In this document: positions 1 through 11,500 of the stretch, piece after piece
Layout: each line of letters opens with the position of its first letter
Numbering within the stretch: the stretch's first letter is position 1
NCBI RefSeq assembly: GCF_964355755.1
Contig: NC_092672.1
Location: 31,688,437 to 31,752,436, forward strand
Length of the DNA: 64,000 nucleotides
Reading direction: 5' to 3'
From: Antedon mediterranea
Taxonomy: Eukaryota; Animalia; Echinodermata
The notes under the pieces: model-generated
Told to the model about the DNA's origin: nothing
Database searches by the model: none
Seen by the model: the letters and a program-made list of their open reading frames with translations, nothing else
Program-made: the position numbers and the translations under genes

Positions 1-1039
1 GCAATTTGGTCAAAAAACAACTATAAATAAGAATGCACAATAAAGTTATTGTTTGTTGAAAAAACTGGAAGTGGGATTAGCCTAATCATGCATAACTAAT
101 GAGTTTTATACACCTGTTTTACATTTAAATACACTCGCATGTGTAAACAATTGTGATATACTTGTTCAGTAAAGTTTAACAACATTCTCTAAAATGTATT
201 AACTTGTTGAAGATTAATTGATAAAATTACAAAAGAATCACAGAGACTGGGGAAATATTATTATAGCTGAGCGATTTTCAAATTCTCTAAATGTACCAGA
301 AAAGTTATTGATAATATTATTTACAAAAGAAATGATTTACAATATACAAAAAATGGAGAATGTTATTTTTTTTTACAGTATTTTGGAAGTATAGTCGTGA
401 TTACTGTTTGAGAATTTTATAAATACAGTTTAAAAATGAATAATTCGAAAAGAACATTAACTATAAAACTAAATATATTTAAACAAATGAGTATAAAATC
501 TATAAAAAAAATTATTTAATTGTTTCTTTTCATTATCAATTACCAAGTTGTTAAATATGTTGTATCATTATTATTATTAACATTTACAACAAATGTGATT
601 TTTTCTAAATAATATTAATATAGTCAGTCCGAGGTCAGGTGAGAAATGGCTTTTCTCAAGTTATCAATTTTTGTATTAACATAATATCTAAATAAAGTAC
701 AAAAATACAAATAATATAAAAAGCAAGCTGCCAAAAGGAAAGCAAATTATATTTTCCATTTCTTACAAAAAATTTTCCACTGACCACGAAGTTGTAAAAT
801 ACATGCTTTTATACAATATGTTGATAAACTTGCTCTACATTTTCCCCAGCTTGTTATAACCTTTGACTTTGACCCATGACAGTATGGCTATGAGATGTCT
901 TGCAAAGAGTAGTAACAACCTTATTACCGTACTGTAGAAGCTTAGCATTCAATAGCTGGTGACCTTTTAGCGAGGTCATCAACATTAAAACTGTAGCATC
1001 TTGGAGACAAACTGTGATCACATGCTAGTGTACTAAAGT

Positions 1040-1800
1040 ATGTCTGTAGCACAGTTACAAGATGTAGCAAGCAGCAACAGTCAGTATTAAAACACCTACA
1101 AAATTGTAGTGAACTTGGGATTTTATGTTGGTACCACAGCAGCAAAATAATGTAGCATGTTACATAAAAGCAGATTGTAGCATGCTACATGAACACATAC
1201 ATTTGTAATCAACTTGTGATCTTATGTTAGTACAACAGCAGTAAATACAATGCTGCTTGCTACATTCACGCAGCACAGTTTGTACACCATGCTTGCTGTA
1301 TGAAAGCACCTACAACTTTGTAGTAAACTTGTGATCTTATATTGGTACACATCAGCAAAACAATATAGTGTGTTGCAAATATTCAAGCAGTCTGTAGCAT
1401 GCTACGTAACACCTACAAGTTTGTAGTGAACCTGTGATCTTATGCTGGTAACACAGCAGCATATACAATGTAGCATGGTGTTGTTACATATATTCAAGCA
1501 GCACACAGTTTGTAGCATGCTTGCTGTAAAACATCTACAAGTGTGTAGTGATGCTGTGATCTTATGCTGGTAACACAGCAGCATATACAATGTAGCATGG
1601 TGTTGTTACATATATTCAAGCAGCACACAGTTTGTAGCATGCTTGCTGTATTAAACATCTACAAGTTTGTAGTGCACTTTTGATCTGATGTTGAAAAATA
1701 CTCAATAGCTAGCTTTACAACATATACTGTATAATATTTGAGCAGCATAGTTTATAATATGAAAACACCTACAAGTTTTTACTGAACCTGTGATGTTAAG
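1040..1800. repeat. ~120-bp tandem repeat (~6 diverged units) in the MEGF6 3' region
   Basis: Recurrent ACACCTACAAGTTTGTAGTGAAC.TGTGATCTTATG; two near-identical units with period 122. Confidence 0.8.
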
Positions 1801-2419
1801 TGGCAAATAAAAAGTAGCTAGCTTTACAGTCAAGTAGCAACAGGTCTGCAGTAGTTGGTGTTTGGATGACAAAACAGCATCTAATCAAAATTAGCATGCT
1901 TGATACAAATTTAATTTCCACTAAAACTTTCCTTTTTTTAAAAAACATTTAGTAAATATAAAGCAATTTTTAAATAAAATATTTGTTATTATTTAGATAA
2001 AACCATTTTTGAAAGGTGATGATTAATATAAATAGATAAAAAGTTGATACTAAAATATAATTTATAATAAAAATGATGTCGCGAATCTTCTACAAAAAAT
2101 TGTTGGTAAACCAACCTTTCCCTTTGCCATAATGGCGTAAAATCTCATATTTCATTTTTTTTTTACAGAAATAATAGATATTTATACTACCCAAGAAAAA
2201 TTAACCATCTGCATTCATTTTTTTCCTTTCTTTAAAGGAAATTTTACGAGTTATACCTCATTTTCAGCTGGATGGTGTAAACGTGGGAAAAACCCAGCAG
2301 ATACGCGGAATTGCGAAAGATAGCCAACTCGGCATCATGCAAAGAGTCGGGGACACCACCGTTAGTGGAACTTGTCTCACATAGATAGAATATACAAATA
2401 ATGTACAAAAAAAGAAAAA

Positions 2420-2535
2420 TTATTGTCTTAGACCAGCTCGGTAGTTATTCTGATTGGCGTTTGTTGGTGGGTTCGCTTGCGTTTGGTCAGTGTCTTGGCT
2501 ACGGTGCTTTTTCCTGTTGAAATGCGGTGGTCCCT
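2420..2535 (-). CDS. MEGF6: MEGF6-like terminal coding exon
   Basis: ttttcag|[38 protein letters not shown]; phase 1; followed by a long sequence that is U-rich on the minus strand, like a 3'UTR. Confidence 0.75.
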
Positions 2536-5500
2536 CTGAAAATTACAACAAAATAATTAAATCAATTAGTTGTATTTATTTTACTGGAAATTGTATATGA
2601 ATAGTTACATAAACTCATTCATGCTTCATTCTCTTGTATTAGAGAGCTTTCGATTGCGATGACCTTTGACCTAGGTATATTGCGTTGTTGGGTCATTTTC
2701 TGTACAGAACAGAAATTTAGAAAACTCATCCCAGTCAATTCCTAGGTCTTAGGTCGTCAGAAAGTCGAAAGCTCCCTAATATCAATAAATATAATAAATG
2801 TGAAATAAATATGATTTCAAAACCCATCGTTCCTGTTTTGTTTGTTTATTGATATAATCATCACAAAATAAAAATGTAATGCATGCTTTGAGAAAATATA
2901 GTGTGAAAATAAAATTTTAAAATAAGAGAAACAGAAAAGAAAATGACATTCCAAATATTAAACACAAAAGAACAAAATTAGAAATTGAGTGTTTGATTTT
3001 TATTGTTTTATTCTTCAATTACCGCATTACCACGTTCAAAAACATGTTTTCGTCAGATCACCGAAGTTAAGCAACCACTGGGCCTGGTTAGAGCTTGGAT
3101 GGGAGACCATCTGGAAATATCGGGTGCTGTATGGAACTGGGGTTCGGTTCCATTAGGCATTTGAAATCAGCATTGCTCACCAGCCAAAGGTGCTTTATAC
3201 AGTCCTGGCTTAGTCATCATTCAGATGAATTTAAGACTAATTGACATTGTCGTTTACGACAGAAGTCAGCCATAAAAAAAAAATCTTCCAATTTATATGA
3301 TTTTGGTTTGATGATCTGATTTTGATCAGACTTAATTTGAGAAATATTTATATCGTTATTAAATATTAAAAATATGCATGCAAAAAGAAACGAATTGACC
3401 AAAAATGAAAGAAAACTACATTCAAATTAATATTAGAAAATAAACTGAAAATAACAAAAATATTGATTCATTCGCATTCCAAATTTTTATCTCATCCAGA
3501 GTTCAAAGTTCATTCGGCATGTGCACCCATGCATGCTATTTCTACCTGATATATGTTTAAACGACATCTTTTGTTGAGTTCGAACAATTTGGATATAAGT
3601 AGTAAACAATGCTGTGTAAAAATATAAATAGTAATATGAAACTACTGTACAAACACACCTCTATTCAAGGGATACCTTTTTGGGACACCTCTATTCAAGG
3701 GACACCTTTTTTTTGGGACACTATCCCATTAAACAAACGAGAGACAATATAGGTTTAACCCTATGGTCAATCCCTATCCAGAGGGGTTAATTTGTTGGGA
3801 CCCAAATGTGTAGATATCGCTTTTAAACTACTGTAGTTTGTTGTTCTTCACCTTTTTCACAAGTTGGTCCAATCCACTGATCTACACATGAACACGATCC
3901 GTTTACTGCGTTACAAGCTGACGAATGTGCACAGTCACAGTTAAACACACAGTTTGGACCATAACGTCCTTCAGGGCATTCTGAAAATTAACAATTGAAA
4001 GAAACATGTTTTATAGACAAAAATAATGTGTGAACATGCAAATAAGCGCCTTATTTAGCGCCGCTATACAAGTGTGCATTCTGAAAATAAAAAATTAAAC
4101 AAAATTAATGTGTAGACATTCAAATAAGCGCCCTATTTAGTGCCGTTATACAAGTGTATAAAACCATTTTTTGCCCAACTTTACTCATCAAAAACATGGA
4201 AGAAGACTGTCAAAATATAAAACTCTCGAAAATAGTTACCGTAGAACAAATAATTAGGCTCAGATTATAGAAAATTTGAGTAGTTATTTTTTATACACTG
4301 ACAACACCCGGCAGCCTCAAGAAAGCACTAGGCCCAATGACAACCACCATTTTACAGTATGAGATGGGTACATAAAATATTGAATAACTCCTTCTTTTAA
4401 CATACCTGTTAAACATCCTTGTCCAGTACGTCCTGATGGACAATCACACTGACCGGTCTCTGGATGACATTGCGTACCATTTCCACAGTCACAGAAGAAT
4501 TCACAATGGGCACCATAGAAATTTGGCGAACAGGCTGGAATTAAGGTAAAACATTGTCAGTCTTCTGGTTACCAACCTTACTGTTACTGCATATTATGCG
4601 TATGTACCAAACATATGCCTAATTTCCTTGACAGTTGCATGGTCTCAATAGCATTGTCAATACAAACATTGCCATTGCAAAGTAAACTAAAAAAGTTACA
4701 TATAGTAATATTCATTGAAATAAAAATAAATTAATTTGAAGGGATCTGTCTAAAGAGTTTATATCAACAATGCAGTATCAGAGCTTTCTTAAACTTTTCA
4801 AATCTACTTTTAGCAGTTGTACTATTATTTATTATTATGTGTCAAATAAATTTATTACAATTTTAAGAAACCTACTTTGTTCACAGCTTGGTCCTTGACG
4901 TCCTGGCGGGCATCGGCATTGGCCGGTTACTGGATCACATGATGCGCCATCAAAACATTCGCACTGTTTGCTACAATAGAAGCCATAGAAGCCTTCTGGA
5001 CATTCTACAATGCAAAAAAAACCCACAATTATAAACAAGCTAAAAAATAATATATTAATGTATAATAGAATCCCTTTTTTTCTCCCTTTCAATGCCAAGA
5101 TCTAGTTTAAGTAGGGCAGAAGTCCGGGATGACCGAGACACAAATGGTGCTGACCAGGGTTCAATTAGACCGATCCCTGGTTGCGACGAGGGCGTATCCC
5201 CTTACTTTGGTTTGGATTTTTTTTGGCATGGTAGAAATCTCTTTTATCATATTAGTTTTATGTACAGCGTTTAGAGGTTTCACAACATTAGGCGCTATAT
5301 AAATCCAGGATATTATTATTATTAGAATGGAAAGTCCAAGCAATAGCATGCCTAGCTTCGAATAACATACTATCAAAAGCTATGTTAATTTATTAATATT
5401 TATTCAGTGAAACATAAAAAGGGGGCACTGAGGAGAGACGAAAGCCGTTAAAGACTATCGCCAGAGCCTGTTTCTCCAACTCCAGACAAACAATTTAAGT

Positions 5501-8500
5501 AAAAAGAAAATAAAGAATTACAAAAATAGACTATGTACAATATTAAAATCAAATTTTTAACAATAAATGTATGAATGAAAGACTTGTTGTTGACTTTGTT
5601 CTTATAGCTACTTAAATACCAAACTAAAGGTATAAAAATATAATGTAGAATGATCTTTAAAAAAAATCACAGTTTTATGGAAGAGAAAGTTTCACAGCAT
5701 CAACACTAGAACGTTATGGTATTTAAGAATAAAACATATTTGTCGGAAGGAATCTTGATGTTTTGAGTCAATTTCGTTGTCTACTTACCATATTGACAAA
5801 CATTGCCATAGTAACCATCACCGCACATACAGCAGCCTGTCATCTTGTCACATGATGCGCCATTTTGACATGGACACTCAAGTTCGCAGTTGAAACCGTA
5901 CGTACCAGGAACACAACCTATCATAGAGAAAAAACAATTAAATAAGTTTGTTTTGTTTATATATATTTAGGCAAATTGCCAAGGATAACCATAAGCGCAT
6001 TCTTTCACTATCCTTCTTAAAAGGTGGCAATCCTGACAAATATACACAAGATGCTCTTTGGCAGTGAAATTTTAATTTGTCATTTGTCAAAAATGACCCA
6101 GGACCCTTTAAATTGGTAGCCAAGCATCATAACCACCAAGCCACAACTCTGATTCTATAAGTTTATGTACAATTATAACAACACTATCCTAAATAAACAG
6201 TATAATCATACTGTACTTTATAATTAAGGCGTCATCTACAAATTATTTCAGACCACAAATCAGCGTCCAGACGCGTTTTCTATTGTTTACCCAAAAACGC
6301 GTCTCAAAACCCGTCTGATTTGGCTGCGTCTAGACGCCAATATGCATGTTCGACTATGGCCCCGCCCCTATATACGGCTGACTGCACATTGTTATACTGT
6401 GTACTGGTGTTAAACGCGCTACATACAAGTGAATTCATTGAGAGCGTGATATTAAATTATTATTTACAACCGGCAGTAAGACAAACAAATCAGTACAAGT
6501 ATACCCTTTAACCGCCGACAGAGTATACTGTAAAGCGCAAATTTTCGTTTCTATTTATTCGCGACCTTTTATTTTTGCGATTTTATTTTTCTTGTGCTAA
6601 AGAGTGAATTTACCACATGCAAAAACGTTAAAGTTAACTTTTGGAACATGGAATCACTCAAACTATTGACCTACAGTACAGAAAGAAAATACTGCAACTT
6701 TACCTACGAAGTAGCTTCGTAGGCTACGTTGTTGGCTTCGTAGGTTCCATTGTTTGGCTTCGTAACCTCAATAAACAACTTTCAATGAGCTACGTTCTGA
6801 ACTTCGTAGGGAGTTCGTAACCTAAATAAACAACCCTACGATGTTCTTAGTGAAGTAAGAAGGTGTGAAATTAATGTGTTAAATTTAACTGGCGGAGGAC
6901 CAAGTTGTAAATATATAATATTTTTTAATCGTAATCGTTTCCCTCGTGCGTGTTTACCTAATCAACGGCGAATATAAATATAAATTTCCCACGATGTAAA
7001 CGTAGAGACACGCGATCCAACACAGGTGAACCTCAACGAACAAGCTAACTAATAAACATATTATAGCGAATGTCCAGTCCATCCAGAACGATGCCGAGAA
7101 AAAAAGATCGTACACAATTCATTCTAAATATAGTATCAGAACGTTTTCAGTCGGTCGCTCAAAAAGACTGCCGACAGAAGACCGTAATAAATACAGACCT
7201 AGTTTTTTTGTCACATGGCATGAAACGCGATACTCTCTGGCGGCTGCCGCCTGACGACGATAAAACAGTAATTAAGATCGTGTACCTGGATTTTGTGTCA
7301 CATGACATGAAACATAATACTCTCTCTAGCTCTAAACTGCTCACATGTTTTCCCCCTCCAAATTCTGGTCGAGCCTTTTTCTTTACACATGTCGTAATCA
7401 TTTTAAAAGGCCTATGTTAAATCTTAATATGGAATATATATTTATTTTTCATATCCTAGCCTAGGCCTAGGTGTCGTTGTTTTTATAATTCACTAACCCA
7501 AGGTAGGAGCGTTAAATAATTTATAGGCCTAGTGTAGGCCGCCGAAACTAGGCTAGCCTAGACTTTCTTTCTCTCTGCATGAGCTGAGGTCCACAGGCCC
7601 GATGTCGTCTCATCGGCTAATTTCCGTCCAAATTAGGATAACCTAGGCCTAGTCTCAGATTTGTTGGTTCTGTGAAATGATACCAATGTTGTTTCACCAT
7701 ACAAGCAATACAGACGGGTTTTAATCACTCAGACGCGTTTTCTATTGTTTTACCTACTAAACAGCGAAGACGGGTTTTAATCACACAGACGCGTCTTCGC
7801 CGCGATTGGGTAGCTCATGAATATTCATAATAGATCGTTAATGAGGTTCAGCATTGGACAGACGCGTCTGATGGGTTGCAAGTTTTCAGACGCGTCTCTG
7901 TGGTCTGAAATAATTTGTAGATGACGCCTAATAAGAAAAGTGGCACTGTAGGTTAGTGGTTGACAGGCCAGGGTCCTTGGTTCAATTCCTGTCTTAGTTT
8001 ACCACTGTACCGTAACCTTATATGAGACTTGGTTTAGAAAGCATAGGTTTCCAAAAATGGTTTTAAAAAACATTCATTTTGTGGAACTTTTGTCTAAAAT
8101 ATCGCTTTAAACTTTTAGTTATAAACAAGTCCCTTATAGGAATTTCAGTTTTCGTCGAGATCTATGAGTGGAAAAAAAAAAAATTCATCTGATCTTACCT
8201 TCTTCGCAGGAGACACCAGTGAAGCCAAGACCACAATTACAGATACCACTCAAAGCATCCAACTGACCACCATTGAAACATTCTCGAGACATTTCGCAAT
8301 TCACACCAAAATATCCTGGTGGGCACTCTATAAATTTTAATTAATATACATCAAATTAATTTAGAGAATCAACTGTTAGTTTGGAATTGGGCAAGCAGGC
8401 AGTTTGAAGAATTTGTTCTAGCATTGTTAGTAAAGCTTTGTCTACACTATCGAACTTTATGTGATGTGCCAATATATGGACATGACGATGTCATATATAC

Positions 8501-11500
8501 TACCACATTTGGGCACATCACACTTTTTTTGTCAAACTAGTTTGATAATGTATACAAAGCTTTAGTCTGATTCTAGAAGTTGTAGAGTTTTAGCGTTTTC
8601 AGTTTGTCGAAAATAATTTAAAAACTTTCTACCAACCTGTTTGACAGAATTCACCAAAGAAACCACTCGGACATGAGCATTGACCTGACACAGGGTCACA
8701 AATTCCTTCATTCTGGCAGAAACACTTCTCATTACAATCGATTCCAAAAGAACCAGCTGGGCAAACTACAAAAAGAGAAATTTTAATTTGGTTGTTAGAA
8801 ATATTTATAGATAAATTAATTTAATTCTTGAAGTAGAGAATAATATTGAAGTGACTATTCAGCTGTTGAGTACAAAAGGAGTCATTCTTTGAACACTCAA
8901 AAAGCATGTGCAGAATGACTATTCGACTCAATAGATGTGTTTTTGCTGTCAATATCGAGTACAAAAGTAATTCTTTGAACACACAGAAAGTATATGCAGA
9001 ATGACTATTAGACTCAACAGATGTGTTTTCGCTGTCAAGTACAAATTCATTCTTTGAACACACAAAAAGCATATGCAGAATGACCATTGGACTCAATAGC
9101 GGTGTTGTCGCTTTGTGCACGATGCAAAGAAGAAACTCCTGTACTCACGATTACTGCAGCTTGATCCAATATAACCAGCGGGACAATCGCACGATCCGTC
9201 GTTTGGATTACATTGTGCGTTGTTTCGACATTCACATCTCTGGTGACAGTTTGGTCCGTAACGACCTGGTGGGCAGACTGTGATCAAAACAAACAATATA
9301 ACATTTTATTATTATTCATAATAATTATTTTTCATTCGAATACGACAAATCATTTTAGATACTGATTTTGGATAAGTGTTTGCAGAATGTTTGTCTTACA
9401 TTTTTCGCATTTCTTTCCTCGATAGCCTGGTTTACATTTGCATTCCCCATCCACTGGATCACAATTTGTGTTTGGTCCACACAGACACAGCTCTTCACAA
9501 TCCTGACCATACCTACCAGCGGGACAAGCTGAAAAGTCAAATTATGAACATGTCTATCAATGAATGAAAAGCACTCGAGAATATTCTATCAAACTAGTTT
9601 GACAAAAACATTGTGATATGCCCCAATTTGGTAGTGATATGCTTAAATATGGTAGTGATATAACATCATCATGTCCATATATGGCCACATCACATTTTGT
9701 TGTCAAACTAGTTTGATAGTGTAAACAGAGCTTTAGGTTTTAGAAGAGATTTTCCAGTTTTCTGAACGTTCAGTATCAGTAAAGTCTACTACACTTGATA
9801 TTACAATCCTGTGTTTACACAAAGTAATACTTACCCCTACTACACTGGAGTCCAGTGAACCCTGGAGGGCAGATGCATTCACCTGTCACATGGTTACATG
9901 GGGTGTTTAGGGTGCATTGGCAAAGGTTTTCACATGAGTCACCAAAATATCCCTCAACACAGGCTGGAAGAAAATAAATATAATGAGAATTTCTAGCTGG
10001 AGTGAGGTGTGAAGGGTCGCATTTGAAGGGGAATAAAGTCAATGGGTACAAAGGTTGACCAGAGGGAACTATGAAAGACAAGATTTCCAGCTTTAAATAC
10101 ATTAAAGAGAACTTTTTTACATATAAAAAACACGCATTTCATGTACAAAATCTATCGAAAAATAGAAAAATGATCTAACCTTTATCACAAGTGTAGCCTC
10201 TCCATCCAGGTGCACAATCGCATTCGCCAGTCTCGTGGTCACATTTAGCGCCATTTTGACAAAGACATTTACGTTCGCAGTTCTCACCGAAATAGTTCTT
10301 TTGACAAGCTGTTAAATAACAAAAAAACCCACATATTTTAAATACATAGACATTGGTTAGTACAGCATTTAGTTTTATCATGGTTTAAGTCATAATTTCT
10401 AAATTTGAATCCCTACCTCATTTCTCCCACCCAATATTCTTGTACACTTACCGTCTTCACACCGATTTCCGGTCCATCCTGGAGCACATTTACATGTCCC
10501 GTTAAATCGATCACATGACCCACCGTTCAAGCAGTCGCATTCCTGTGTACAGTGAGGTCCGAAAAAGCCAGCTTCACATCCTAAAAAAAAATGTTAAAAA
10601 ATGTATTTTTCATGTCTTTTGAACAAAATACATTTACAAAAAACAGATTTTCCAAGAAACATAAATATGTTTTTTAAAAACACAGTATTGTGAAGTAAAT
10701 TCTTTTCTTTACTAGCAAAATAAAATTCACTTAATTAAAAAACACATCCTAAACACAATTTAAAAAAATTGTATTTTGTGTTTTTGGAAACGAAATATAT
10801 TTACATAACAGATTTTAAGACATAAATATTTTTTTTTAAATAAGCCACAGTATCTGCATTATTTAAATTTCTTATCACAATGAAACAAGTAAATTCCTTT
10901 CTTTAATAGCAAATAACAATAAAATTGACTTTATAAAAAAAACATACTGAGTTCACAAGCACGACCCATCCATCCAGGCATACAGTCACAGCTACCATCT
11001 TCTGGGTTGCAAATACCACCGTTCTGACAAATACAACGTTGTGTACACCCAACGCCGAAGTATCCCCTTATGCATGCTGGAGGAGAAAGAAAATGCAATT
11101 TTAAAAACACGAAAGTTACAATTTATTATAAAACAAAAAAATGTATCAATTGTGTATATAGTTAATGTTTTTTCCCACTTTTTTTTCATTGTCTTTTAAA
11201 ATATTAAAATACATTGTACGTAATAAATAAAATCAATATATTAACATCTAAGAAATAGTTAACATTTTATTTATATTTTTTTGGTTTAAAATTGAATACA
11301 ATACAATAAACGACTGTTTTCTTACATTTGGTACACGCATGTCCAATCCACCCAGCGGTACAAAGACACAGTCCAGTCACATGATCACAATCTGCTCCGT
11401 TGTTACAGTCGCATGCGCCGCGACAATCCTGTCCGAACCGGTCATCAGCACATTCTAGAAATGAATATAATGTAAACAATTATTTCTCAACAGTATTTAT

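Noticed and set aside
2420-2535. MEGF10/11 (Draper) assignment, or a furin site in the tail
   Set aside because: No transmembrane or NPxY exon was found and Ca-binding EGFs are present, which fits MEGF6; RKKHR does not fit R-X-[K/R]-R
3018-3134. Functional 5S rRNA gene
   Set aside because: Solitary, heavily substituted, internal T4 and no 3' terminator; treated as pseudogene/SINE head
5425-5450. CTGAGGAGAGACGAAAG hammerhead-like string
   Set aside because: Stem II would be a single pair, and no stem I or III can be formed
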